Shown: in pieces, positions 13,165 through 25,864 of the stretch
How the letters are laid out: every line of letters begins with the position of its first letter
Position numbering within the stretch: position 1 is the stretch's first letter
Source: Octopus vulgaris
Lineage: Eukaryota
Assembly (NCBI GenBank): GCA_951406725.2
Contig: OX597824.1
Location: 8,308,001 to 8,372,000 of the forward strand
Direction: 5' to 3'
DNA: 64,000 bases
Made by a program: the position numbers and the translations under genes
The notes under the pieces: generated by a model
Database searches by the model: none
Told to the model about the DNA's origin: nothing
Seen by the model: the letters and a program-made list of their open reading frames with translations, nothing else

Positions 13165-13537
13165 ACGCACATGCACACATATTGGATTCAAATTTTGACA
13201 CAAGGGCACCAAATTCCGGGCAGGGGGTATGATCCCACTGTACAACTGGTACTTATTTTAACGACCCCTGTAAAAAAAAAAGATGAAAGGAAGAGTCAAC
13301 CATGGTGGCATTTGAACCCAGAACGCAAAGGCAGAAGAAATGCTGCTAAACACGTTGCCAAGCATGTTAATGATTCAGCCACCCCACCACCTGGCATACA
13401 CATACATATTACACACACACACACACACTCACACACACATACACATACAAACACACAGACACATACACACACACACACACAAACACACAGACTCACACAG
13501 ACACACAAACACACACACACACACACACACAAACACA

Positions 13538-13588
<51 letters not shown>

Positions 13589-14002
13589 AAACAAACATAC
13601 AAACAGACACACACAAACTGTGCAGGAATTTAGAAGAGTAAAGAATTCAATGTAAGGAGTTATGAATTTTGGTTTCCCGAAGTCTATATTTCACAGACTG
13701 TCACTATCAGTGTCACATTTTAACAATTTCCAAGCCATGAATTTACTAAATGAAGCAACTCTGTATTTAATAAAAGGTTGACTAAACATATTAACAGTAC
13801 AAAAACTATTTGGTGGAGCAAAAAATCTAACTGTATTCGGCTGTCTGTTGCCTGCTTATTTGTCTGTAGGACATTAACTGAATATATATTTAATGTGAAC
13901 AAAAAGCAACACAAACTGAAATATTTGGCATTTTGTTAAAGCATGAATGAAGAGATTATGTGACTGTGTTTTCGCTTTGTTTAGTTGTGTACTTATCAGG
14001 TT

Positions 14003-14850
14003 CATCATCATCATCATAAACCGTGCGCTTTCCATGCTGGCATGGGTTTGATGGTTTGACTGGGGACTCGCATACCAGTAGGCTGCACCAGGCTCTAATC
14101 TGATCTGGCAATGTTTCCATAGCTGGATGCCTTTTCTAATGCCAACCTCTCTGAGAGTGTAGTGGGTACTTTTTATGTGCCACCGGTATGGGAGCCAGTC
14201 AGGTGACACTGGCATTGGTCACATTCAGATGGTGCTTTTTACGTGCCACTGGCATAGGGAGCCAGTCAGGCAGCACTGGCAACGGCCCACACATGAATAG
14301 TGCTTATTGTGTGCCACTAGCACGGAAGCCAGTCAGGCGGCACTGGTATTGGCCATGTTCGGATGGTGCTTTTTATGTGCCACTGGCACAGGAGCAAGTT
14401 GGGGGGCAGCTGGCATGCCACTGGTATGGGGAGCCAATCAGGTGGCACTGGCATCTGCCACAACTGCAATTTCCATTTGATTGTGATTTGATTTGATCTT
14501 GATTTTGATTTTGATTTTGATATACTTGACTCAAAAGTGCTAGTGGCATGCAATAAGCACCATTCATGCGTGGGTCATTGCCAGTGTCGCCTGACTGGCT
14601 CCCCATGCCAGTGGCACGTAAAAAGCACCATCTGAATGTGACCAATGCCAGTCCCACCTGACTGGCTCCCGTACCGGTGGCACATAAAAAGTACCCACTA
14701 CACTCTCGGAGAGGTTGGCATTAGAAAAGGCATCCAGCTGTAGAAACATTGCCAGCATGTCACCCGACTTTCCAAAGGTACTTTTTAAGTGGGCTGGTCA
14801 TGCAACACTGGAGTAGGCTACGGCTGTGATTTCACTTTACTTGCCAGGTC
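14003..14850 (-). mobile_element. Retroposon family C containing an internal inverted duplication
   Basis: Homology to 19521-19957 on both sides of the inverted block 14538-14756. Confidence 0.8.
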
Positions 14851-15719
14851 AGTTAGTAACCATATGTTATTAACATATTAACATATATTATTAACAAATA
14901 TATTATTGGCAAAAAAATCAAATGGAAATTGTAGTTGTGATACCTGTGCCGGTGGCATGTAAAAAGCACCATCCAAACGTGGCTGATGCCAGCACTGCCT
15001 TGACTGGCTTCCGTGCCGGTAGCACATGAAAAGCACCAACCGATTGTGGCCGTTGCCATTGCATGGCACCATGGGCAAGTGCTTTTATTATAGCTCCAGG
15101 CTGACCAGTTTCTAGTGAGTGAACTTGATAGACAGATGCCTGTCGTATATATATTTATTTATGCATATATGAGTGTATGTGTGTGTATGTGTGTGTGGTG
15201 TTTGTCCCCACCACCACTGCCTGACAACCACTGATGGTTTGTTTACATCCCTGTAACTTAGCAGTTCAGCAAAAGAGCCCAGTAGAAAAAATACCAGACA
15301 TATAAAAATAAATAAGCACCTGGGTTGATTTATTCAATTAAGCCCATCGGGTCATTGCCCCAGCCTGGCCGCAGTCCAATGACTGGAACAAGCAATAAGT
15401 AAAAAGGAAAAAGTTCTAAAATTTCAAAAGAAAAATAAATAAATATTGAAATGAATTTTTTTTTTACCGTTTTGGCAAAAAGCTGGAATTTTCCAAAGAA
15501 CAGGCATTAATCAAGTGAATCTACCCGGGTACATGATATTTTTCGATAATATTGGAAATGGGAAAGTACTGGTGTTGAACATCTCTCCCATCCCTACAGA
15601 GATTAATACCGTAACAGAAGGAAAGGTGGCGCCGGCTGTGAATGAAAACAAGACTGTGGACTTGTCTTGTTTTTCCAAGAATTTAGTGTCACTCTATGGC
15701 ATCTGCTAGCAACATGAAT

Positions 15720-15864
15720 AACAAAACAACAGCAACAACAACCCCTACTACTACTACTACTACTACTACTACTGCTACTACCACCACCACCACTACCACC
15801 ACCACCACCACCAACAATAACAACAACACTACCACCACCACCACCACCACCACTACTGCCACCG

Positions 15865-15904
<40 letters not shown>

Positions 15905-15984
15905 CACCACCACCACCACCACCACCACCACCAACAATAACAACAACATTACCACCACCACCACCTACACCACTGCTGCCACCG

Positions 15985-16065
<81 letters not shown>

Positions 16066-16120
16066 ACAACAACATTATCAGTGATGATGATGTCGATGAT
16101 AATGATGATGATGATGATGG
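15720..16120. repeat. (CTA)n/(CCA)n/(CAA)n compound microsatellite
   Basis: Direct reading. Confidence 0.95.
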
Positions 16121-16608
16121 TGAATTCCTGCTTTGTATTGACATTAATGAATTCTTCATCCTCTGCTAAAAATAGCAAGATTCAGGTGAGAAGTGAACTT
16201 GTATGCCCTGGTTAACGGCCAAGTATATTACAAAATACATTACTGGCCATTGACCAATAATAACAATGATGATGATGATAATAATGATAATGATAACAAT
16301 GGTTCCAGATTCAGGCATGAAGCCTGGAATCTTAAGGAGAGGAGATTACTCAATACCATCCATCCATCCATCCCAGTATTTCATTTGTGTTTTGTTTTAT
16401 CAGCCCTGGAGGGATGAAAGGCAAGGTTGACTTTCGCAGGGACTGAACTCAGAATGTAGAAAGAGTTGGAAGGTATACCCCCGACCCAAGGCATTTTGTC
16501 TGACACACGAACAAATTTTTGACACCACCATCACTACCATCACCACCACCACCACCACCACTACCACCCCACCACCCCCACTACCACCCCACGCCCACCC
16601 CCACAAAC

Positions 16609-16670
<62 letters not shown>

Positions 16671-16949
16671 ACAACAACAACAGCAGCAGCAGCAGCAGCA
16701 GCAATAACAACAGCAATCACAAAGGTTTCAAATTTTGGCACACAAGACCGGCAGTTTCATTGGAGGGGACCAGTCGATTATATCAACCCCAGTGTTCAAC
16801 TGGTACTTATTTTATCGACCTCAAAGCGATGAAAGGCAAACTTGACCCCAGCGGAATTTGAACTCTGAATGTATAGACGAATGAAATACCACTAAGCATT
16901 TTGCCCAGTGTGCTAACGATTCTGCCAGAATAATAATAATAATAATAAT

Positions 16950-17267
16950 ATGTGTTGAGAGGGATTCTTTAGGGTTTGAATAATTCACCTTTGGAAACAT
17001 GGGTGTTTTCTTCAACATCCTTAAATAACCCTTATTCGAGGACCTTTTGAGTGGGATGGGCTATTTGACCTGAAGAAAATTCTAACTGGGCCCAACCTGC
17101 AAGGTCATGCGCTGTTCATCTTGATATGAGATCACCATGTCGTACACATATGGTTGTGATGCATGTGCCTGGTGTACCCTTATCAGACGGGTAGTCATGA
17201 TGGGTATACTGGGCTTCATATATTTTACCCCAGTGTCACTTTGATGGCATGAACTGCTCTCTCACTC
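16950..17267 (+). mobile_element. Non-coding (TAA)n-embedded retroposon, copy 2 (5'-truncated)
   Basis: Same 3' end as copy 1; (TAA)n on both sides. Confidence 0.7.
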
Positions 17268-17315
<48 letters not shown>

Positions 17316-17342
17316 TATAATAATAATAATAATAATAATAAT

Positions 17343-17406
<64 letters not shown>

Positions 17407-17428
17407 TAATAATAATAATAATAATAAT

Positions 17429-17484
<56 letters not shown>

Positions 17485-17678
17485 TAAACCTTTCTGCTAT
17501 AAGCACAAGGCCTGAAATTTTGGGGGAGGGCGGTGGACCCCAGTTTTTCACTGGTACTTAATTTATCGACCCTGAAAGGATGACAGACAAAGTCAACCTT
17601 GGCTGAATTTGAACTCAGAATGTAGCAAAGGGTGAAATACTGTTAAGCTTGGTGTGCTAATGATTCTGCCAGCTTACC

Positions 17679-17758
<80 letters not shown>

Positions 17759-17790
17759 TAATAATAATAATAATAATAATAACAACAACA

Positions 17791-17910
17791 ACAAGAGCAC
17801 TCAGAGAGAGCAAACGTCCACCAAGGCAACACCAGCATCCTCTCAACGATTAGCCGGAAAACAAATACAACTGAAAACAATACCTCCACCTTTCCTAAGG
17901 CAGAGGTAAA
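17791..17910 (-). mobile_element. Minimal HINE copy retaining both ends
   Basis: Minus strand reads TTTACCTCTGCC..GGTGGAGGTATTGTTTTCAGTTG, joined directly to GGCTAATCGTTGAGAGGATG..GCTCTCTCTGAGTGCTCTTGTT; both parts match the ends of the 28.2-29.0 kb copy. Confidence 0.65.
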
Positions 17911-18162
17911 ATTAATAAGTTCTACTCAAGAATTTTTAAATGAATAGCATGAGACCTTTTGGTTTTCTCTTCTTTTAAATTCCGGCCTTCCTTTAGTGAT
18001 CCTATTGTTTTAGATTGATGTATAGATGTTTGTATTTATGTAAGTATACTGTAAAGCGTTAATATGTATGTATAATATATAATATAAGGGAGATAATCAG
18101 AGAAAGACTTGAAAATTAACATAAGATTGTAATACTTCATGTAAAGTATATATAACAAATGT

Positions 18163-18340
18163 TCCAGAATCCTTGTCCGGTTCCGGATTGATCCCAAAAC
18201 CAAATCAGTTTGTGCCAGTCACGAGGCCAAACATTCCTGAAAGTTTCAACCAAATCCATCAAGTGGTTCTTGAGATATCTTGTCTACGGACAAACAAATG
18301 CAACTGAAAACAATACCTCCGCCTTCGCTGAAGTGGAGGC
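18163..18340 (-). mobile_element. HINE 5' fragment
   Basis: Reverse-complement homology to 28230-28400. Confidence 0.65.
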
Positions 18341-19520
18341 ACTAATAATAATATTGGTTTCAAATTTTGGTACAAAGCGAGCAATTTTGAGGTGAGAGTA
18401 AGTCGATTACATCAACCCCAGTATTCAACTGGTACTTATTTTATTGACCCTGGAAGGATGAAAGGCAATGCTGACCTCGGCAGAATTTGAACTCAAAACG
18501 TACAAACACAGATGAAATGCATTACTTAGAGGTTTGGCAAAGAGAATCTGATAAAATAATTAACCAGTTTCAAAAATAAACTACTGAGGTTGGTATGCTT
18601 GACTAAACCCCTTCGAGGGGGTGCCCCAGCATGGCCACAGTATGCTAGCACCAACTTTACTCGTTTACTCTTCACAGAATAATCAGTCATTGGTATCTTC
18701 TCCCAACCCCCACCCCACACAACATCACCTTGGCGTTCTGCTTTGTGTCACAGTTGTCTCTGATGTCTGCCTGTCTGCCTGTCTCTTTCGTTCTTGGAAT
18801 TTCTTTCCTATGGTGATTATTAGTGCCGTTCATTTCAAATTTATTCCTCCTTCATCAAGATTTGATATTTATATGAAATCAATACATTTGATAATTTACC
18901 TAGACATAGCATTATTTACATTTTTGATGTTTTTGGATTTTCATTTATTTATTCTAATCTTATGTTACCAAATTCTTTGTATTCAAATACATGAGCTTTG
19001 TTTCAATCAATTTTCATTCTAAATAACGAAGAAGGTAGTAAAATAGCTTTGTCATTATTTAAGATAATGGTAAGGTGGCAAGCTGGCAGAATCATTAGCC
19101 CGCTGGACAAAATGCTTTGCGGTATTTCGATGTCTTTACGTTCTGAGTTCAAATTCCGCCAAGGTTGACATTGCTTTTCATCTTTTCAGGGTCAATAAAT
19201 TAAGTACCAGTTGCATACTGGGGGTCAATCAAATAAACTGGTCCCCTCCCCCCAAAATTCCTCCTTTCAGTAATGTTAAATGTCAGTAGATGTTGGGGTT
19301 TAAATATTTGCTAACCCTGAAGAGAAGGACCAATCCTTGGGATATGGTCCTAACTAAGCTAATAGTGTGCTTTTGTTGGGAGGAGCCCTCAATGATAATG
19401 AGAACCAGCATTTGGAGAAACTGTGAGGCCTGTTCTGGTATAGAAAAGTTTGAGGCGAATGATTTTGTTTGTTCTTTTAATATTTGATAGTATTATATAC
19501 ATGTGTGTGTGTGTGTGTAT

Positions 19521-19957
19521 AACCAGCCCATTCAAAAGTACCTTGGATCGTAGAGCGACATGCCATGCTTAAGGAGATCTATTGAGTCAAGTACATCAAC
19601 ATCAAAATGAAAATCAAATGGAAATTGTAGGTGTGACCCATGTGCTGGTAGCACGTAAAAAGCTCCATCTGAATGTGGCCGATGCCAGTTCCGCTTAGAC
19701 TGGCTTCCATGCTGGTGGCACGTAAAAAGCACCATCTGATCATGGTCAATGCTAGCTCCACTGGCCCCTGGGCTGGTGGCACGTAAAAAGCACCCACTAC
19801 ACTCTCAGAGTGGTTGGTGTTAGGAAGGGCATCCAGCTGTAGTAACACTGCTAGATCAGATTGGAGCCTGGTGCAGCTACCTGGCTTCCCAGACCCCAGT
19901 CAAACCATCCAACCCATGCTAGCACGGAGAACGGACGTTAAACGATGATGATGATGA
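19521..19957 (+). mobile_element. Retroposon family C
   Basis: Same modules and tail; further copies at 14915-15062, 21245-21432, 33585-33812, 41140-41492, 55400-55905 and 58330-58592. Confidence 0.85.
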
Positions 19958-19995
19958 TCTGTATGTATATGTATATGTATATCTATATTAATATA

Positions 19996-20255
19996 AATAA
20001 TAATAAAGAGTATGGAGACATGTACATCCACAAAGTTTATTTTATAGTTATATACAACATATCATAATGACCTACAATTGTTTCTGATGCAGCAACTACT
20101 CACTGTTGCAGATGATTCAACCTTGCAATATTGTAAATGCAGCTTCATCAGGGTCCTGATGAAGCGGAAACACGTGTAGGTCATTATAATATGCTATATG
20201 TAACTATAAAATAAATTTTGTGGACATACAAGTTTCCATACTCTTTATTATTATT
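19996..20255. mobile_element. Fold-back element with two divergent hammerhead-like motifs
   Basis: About 89-bp inverted arms 19996-20084 / 20167-20255; CUGAUGA..GAAAC..GUA on both strands (minus 20155-20069, plus 20152-20182). Confidence 0.7.
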
Positions 20256-20257
20256 AA

Positions 20258-20631
20258 TCTCTCTATATATAAAGCTGAAGTTGTCTGTGTATGGCAGGTT
20301 TGGTAGCCTTCAACTAACACTATCTCCTCTGAGACCCTGCGGCGCAAGTTGACTAAAATTGAGAGTATGATAGAAGAAGGCTTGCCCTTCTTTCCGTAGA
20401 AGATAAAATTCAAATCAGACCATGTTAACACCAAAGGTACTTTTTTTCTATGAAAATCCCTATTTTTCACGATTTTTTGACTGCTGTTTTGCCATTTTTC
20501 GATGTATTTCAACCAGAAAAATGTTCACTTAAAGAGAATAACAAGCTACACAATGCAACATTTTTACTTTTCAAAAATTCCAATTCTGAAGGGTCGAAAC
20601 AAACCCGAGCAACGCCGGGCGATACTGCTAG
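20258..20631 (+). mobile_element. Non-autonomous Helitron
   Basis: 5' TC start (A|TCTCTCTATATATAAAG), 3' GC hairpin CCCGAGCAACGCCGGG (20604-20619), then CTAG|T; inserted between A and T with no TSD. Confidence 0.85.
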
Positions 20632-20723
20632 TATTATATACATGCCAGACAATTTTTACTGTCCATTGAAGAGAACACAGAATTACCCATCGAAAGAATT
20701 CACAGAGTGACTAACAACTAAAT

Positions 20724-21109
20724 GGGAAGCACTCCGTCAGTTACGACGACGAGGGTTCCGGTTGATCCGAATCAACGAAACAGCCTGCTCGTGAAATTAA
20801 CGTGTAAGTGGCTGAGCACTCCACAGACACATGTACCCTTAACGTAGTTCTCGGGGATATTCAGCGTGACACAGAGAGTGACAAGGCCGGCCCTTTGAAA
20901 TACAGGTACAACAGAAACAGGAAGTAAGAGGGAGAGAAAGTTGTGGTGAAAGAGAACAGCAGGGATCACCACCATCCCCTGCCGGAGCCTCGTGGAGCTT
21001 TAGGTGATTTCACTCAATAAACACTCACAACGCCCGGTCTGGGAATCAAAACCACGATCCTATGACTGCTAGTCCACTGCCCTAACCACTGGGCCATTGC
21101 GCCTCCACT
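20724..21109 (-). mobile_element. tRNA-derived SINE family E
   Basis: Minus-strand head GGCGCAATGGCCCAGTGGTTAGGGCAG..GGTTTTGATTCCC; 12-bp TSD TAACAACTAAAT at 20712-20723 and 21110-21121. Confidence 0.85.
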
Positions 21110-21434
21110 TAACAACTAAATATAGTCGCAGACGTTAGATATTGATCGCTGTGGTTAACCATTAACTGGAACTTAATTGAGAGCTAATACAGCATCTGCC
21201 CAAATAATATATCCTTCCTAGCATGATCATTACCTGCGTCACCTTAAAAGCACCCACGATACTCTCAGAGTGGTTGGCATTAGGAAGGGCATCCAGGTGT
21301 TGAAACTCTGCCAGATCAGACTGGCGTCTAGTGCAGCCATCAGGTTCGCCAGACCTCAGTCAAATCGTCCAACCCATGCTAGCATGGAAAGCGGACGTTA
21401 AACGATGATGATGATGATGATGATGATGATGATA

Positions 21435-21846
21435 GGCGCAGGAGTGGCTGTGTGGTAAGTAGCTTGTTTACCAACTACATGGTTCCGGGTTCAGTCCCTC
21501 TGCATGGCACCTTGGGCAAGTGACTTCTGCTATAGCCCCGGGCCGATGAAAGCCTTGTGAGTGGATTCGGTAGACGGAAACTGAAAGAAGCCCGTCGTAT
21601 ATATGTATATATATATATATATGCGTGTGTGTGCTTGTGTGTCTGTGTTTGTCCCCCTAGCATTGCTTGACAACTGATGCTGGTGTGTTTACGTCCCTGT
21701 AACTTAGCCGTTCAGCAAAATAGACTGATAGAATAAGTACTAGGCTTACAAAAGAATAAGTCCCGGGGTCGAGTTGCTCGACTAAAGGCGGTGCTCCAGC
21801 ATGGCTGCAGTCAAATGACTGAAACAAGTAATAGAGTAAAAGAGAG
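21435..21846 (+). mobile_element. tRNA-derived SINE family A (CORE-like), full length
   Basis: A box TGGCTGTGTGG, B box GGTTCAGTCCC, CORE-like CCTTGGGCAAGTG, internal (TA)n(TG)n, and (GTAAAAGA)n-type tail. About 30 full or partial copies in the window. Confidence 0.9.
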
Positions 21847-21903
21847 TATGATATCTGTCTGTCTATATAAGAAATAATGTTGGAAATGCCTAGAAATAGA
21901 GTG

Positions 21904-22073
21904 AGAATTAATTATATTTTAATTATATTTTTAAAATATAAGAATGCATTTTATTGGTTTCTCATCAGATTTTTAAAAGTGTATAGCGTACGAAACAGTG
22001 TTGTGAAATCTAATATGAAACCAGTTAAGTGAATTCCTATAGTTTAAAATATAATTAAATTCTAATTAATTCT
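21904..22073. repeat. AT-rich inverted repeat (fold-back)
   Basis: About 68-bp arms 21904-21972 / 22006-22073 around a 33-bp loop containing CGAAACAGTGTT. Confidence 0.7.
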
Positions 22074-22140
22074 AATATATTCTCTGTTCAATTTCATCTT
22101 CATCTTCATTTCTTCTATTCCTCCACCTGTTTGGATTAAT

Positions 22141-22244
<104 letters not shown>

Positions 22245-22281
22245 ATATGTATATATGTATATATATATATGTATATATGTA

Positions 22282-22359
<78 letters not shown>

Positions 22360-22361
<2 letters not shown>

Positions 22362-22717
22362 GGGTGTCCCGGAAATTAAGGCAACTGAAGTTTTGAACTT
22401 TATTAACTGTCAATAAATGTGATATGATATGAAAATTATACATCATTATAAAAGCTTAATATGTCTTCTTTTTGTTTCAGACTAAATAAGTTCAGATTTA
22501 TAAATTAAATAACAGCTATAGACTGAAATACAATCATAACTCTCTGCAAATAAGGTGAGAGTAATAATACAGCCATAGCAACAAAGCTTAAAATTAACGG
22601 AACAACTGTCTGGAAAATTCTCTGGTTCCATTGCTGATTGATCTGGATGTGGCCATAACTATGGGCTCACTCGACAAAATTGAAAAAAATTGGTTGCCTT
22701 AATTTTGGGACAACCTG
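22360..22717 (+). mobile_element. Internally deleted Tc1/mariner element
   Basis: About 25-bp TIRs CAGGGTGTCCCGGAAATTAAGGCAAC / GTTGCCTTAATTTTGGGACAACCTG, preceded by TA; internal HTH remnant IITLCK*GESNNTAIATKLKINGTTVWKI. Confidence 0.8.
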
Positions 22718-22778
22718 TGTGTGTGTGTGTGTGTGTGTGTATAAACATACATACATACATTCATACATATATATATAT

Positions 22779-23168
22779 AGGAGTGGCTGTGTGGTAAGTA
22801 GCTTGTTTACCAACCACATGGTTCCGGGTTCAGTCCTACTGCGTAGCACCTTGGGCAACTGTCTTCTACTAAGCCTCGGGCCGAGCAAAAGCCTTGTGAG
22901 TGGATTTGGTAGATGGAAACTGAAAGAAGCCCGTCGTATATATGTATATATATGTGTGTCTGTGTTTGTTCCCCTAGCATTGCTTGACAACCTATGCTGG
23001 TGTGTTTATGTCCCCGTTACTTAGCGGTTCGGCAAAAGAGACCGATAGAATAAGTACTGGGCTTACAAAAGAATAAGTCCCGGGGTCGAGTTGCTCGACT
23101 AAAGGCGGTGCTCCAGCATGGCCGCAGTCAAATGACTGAAACAAGTAAAAGAGTAAAAGAGTAAAGAG
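22779..23168 (+). mobile_element. SINE family A
   Basis: Near-identical to 21435-21846. Confidence 0.9.
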
Positions 23169-23809
23169 TATATATATATATATATATATGCACACACACA
23201 CACTGACACATTTTTTTAATGTTTGCCTTATTTAATATCAGTGGTATTCTTCTCTTACAATCCATCTTAATCTAAAATTAAAATTAATTTTTTTACCAAA
23301 ATTTTTTCACCGACTTCTTTCAACATATGAAATACATTTAAAAAGATTTAGAAGGTGGAGGGGAAGAAGAAGAAGAAAAAGAAGAAGAAGAAGGAGGAGG
23401 AGGAGGAGGAGGAGGAGGAAGGAGGAAAGAGGAGGAGAAGAAGAAGAAGAAGAAGAAGAAGAAGAAGAAGAAGAAGAAGAAGGGAAGGAGGAAGAGGAGA
23501 AGGAGTAGAAGAAGAAGAAGGATGATGATGACATATCAAAACCACTACCAATGACAACACCATCCAGAACATCAACAAGGACAGCAACAACCACAACATC
23601 AGTAACAACAACAATAATGAAAACCACCAGAAATACACAACCCTACAACAGGAACAACCTTTCAGACAGAATCTATCAATAATCCGTCTCTACGTGTATC
23701 TATGATCAGGAATTATTCCGATCAGAAATTATTGTCACCGATTCTTTGTTTGTTTGTTTTTTTCTCTCTACTTTTAGGTTTTTTGAAAAATTTTTTTGCG
23801 ATAATTGTT

Positions 23810-24898
23810 TGGTATTTCAGTCATTGGACTGCGGCCTTCAAGGGTTTTAATTGAATGAAGCAATCCCAGGACTTATTTTACTTCTAATCTGGTACTTAAT
23901 CTCTTTTTGGTGAACTGCTTAGTTATGGGAGGGACATAAACAAACCAACACTGGTTGCGTTGTCAGGGGGTGGCAGAGGACAAATACAAATGTAAAGACA
24001 CACACACACACACACACACATACACACACACACACACACATTATATACATACATATGTATGTATATTCTTTTATTTGTTTCAGTTATTTGACTGTGGCCA
24101 TGCTGGTACACCACCTTGAAGTGTTTTTGTTGAACAAATCGACCCCAGGAATTATTTTTTAAAGCTTAGTACTTATTCTATCGGTCTCTTTTGCCAAAAT
24201 GCTAAGTTAGGGGAAAGCAAACACACCAACACCGGTTGTCAAGCGACAATGGAAAAATAAACACAGACACAAAGACACACACACGCAGACACACACACAC
24301 ACACACACGATAGGCTTCTTTCAGTTTCCATCTATCAAATCCACTCACAAAGTTTTGGTTGGCCCAAGGCTATAGCAGAAGACATTTGCCCAATGTGCCA
24401 CGCAGTGGGACTGAACCCAGTGTCACGTGGTTGGGAAGCAAGCTTCTTACCACACAGCCACTCCTGCACCTATATGTATATACACTCTTTTACTCTTTTA
24501 CTCTTTGACTTGTTTCAGTCATTTGACTGTGGCCATGCTGGAGCACGGCCTTTAGTTGAGCAAATCAACCCCAGGACTTATTCTTTGTAAGCCTAGTACT
24601 TATTCTATCGGTCTCTTTTGCCGAACCGCTGGGTTATGGGGACGTAGACTCACCAGCATCGGTTGTCAAGCAATGTTTTGGGGACAAACACAGACACACA
24701 AGCATACACATATGCACATATATATACATATATACGGCGGGCTTCTTTCAGTTTCCATCTACCAAATCCACTCACAAAGCTTTGGTCAGCCCGAGGCTAT
24801 AGTAGAAGACACTTGCTCAAGGTGCCACGCAGTGGGACTGAACCCAGAACCACGCAGTTGGGAAGCAAGCTTCTTACCACACAGCCACCCTTGTGCCT
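23810..24898 (-). mobile_element. Cluster of three family A SINEs (partial, 24065-24470, 24485-24898)
   Basis: Reverse-complement homology to 21435-21846. Confidence 0.85.
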
Positions 24899-25380
24899 AT
24901 ATATATATATATTTAGATCAATGCACTAATATTTATTAGTAACACCAGCAAGTACACATTAGAAGTATGACTACTTTGATGTCTGCCAGATTTCTTTGTG
25001 GCTTGGCACAGAGACGCCTAGTGTTTTAGAAAAGATACATATGTAAGAGATTGCGATGATCTGCTTTCTTCCCCAAGGGTATTAGGAGTATAAATAAAGC
25101 AAACTCACTAGAAATTGGGATTAAGGCAGCATTTCGGGGTGTCCGGGATAAATCTGGTGGGGTTTTTTCTTTTTTTCATGTCTCTTTTTTTTCAGACACA
25201 GTTTGATGTATTGGTGAAGAGTCAACGATGTTGGAGAGCATAAAGATTGAAATTGTATGAGTTGAGAAAAAATATAGCAGCTGACATGGGAGGCTGGAAG
25301 TCATCTGAATATTGGAAAAGAATCACCTGTATCAAGATGATTCGTGCCAGGTATCAAAATGCCAACATTATGATTGTTGC

Positions 25381-25864
25381 TTAACCCTTTTGATACCAAC
25401 CTGGCTGAAACCTTCTCTGGCTCTGTAGTACAAATGTCTTGTTTTCATAAGTTTTGAATTAAAATCTTCCACCAAAACTTAGTCACAATTTATGTTCCTA
25501 ACACTAGCTTATTGATAAATAAGTTATTTTACTAAATTCTTTGTTATATTTAAAATTAATTGCAAGAAACACAGAGCATCTCAACAGAAATATGATAAAG
25601 AAAGGGTTAAAATATATAATAGAGAAACAATTCTTAACCATTTTGATACCAATCAGGCTGAAACCACCCCTGGCTCTGTAGGATAAATGTCTTGTTTTCA
25701 TAAGTTCTGAATTAAAATCTTCCACCAAATCTTAGTCACAATTTATGCTCTTAACACTAGCTTAATGATAAACCAAGTTCTTTTACTAAATTCTTTGTTA
25801 TATTTAGAATTAATTGAAAAGGACACAGAGCATCTCGAAATAAATACAGCAACAAAAGGGTTAA
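25381..25864 (+). mobile_element. Two adjacent ~230-bp TTAA-flanked piggyBac-type MITEs (25381-25610 and 25634-25864)
   Basis: Each reads TTAA-CC(C/A)TTT...AAAGGG-TTAA and the two are highly similar. Confidence 0.8.

Noticed and set aside
20586-20600. CTGAAGGGTCGAAAC inside the Helitron as a hammerhead
   Set aside because: Core mismatch and no stems I or III.
21435-21510. tRNA genes at SINE heads (families A, B, E and 58855-58925)
   Set aside because: A and B boxes are present but there is no complete cloverleaf or acceptor stem, and each runs into a repeat body.
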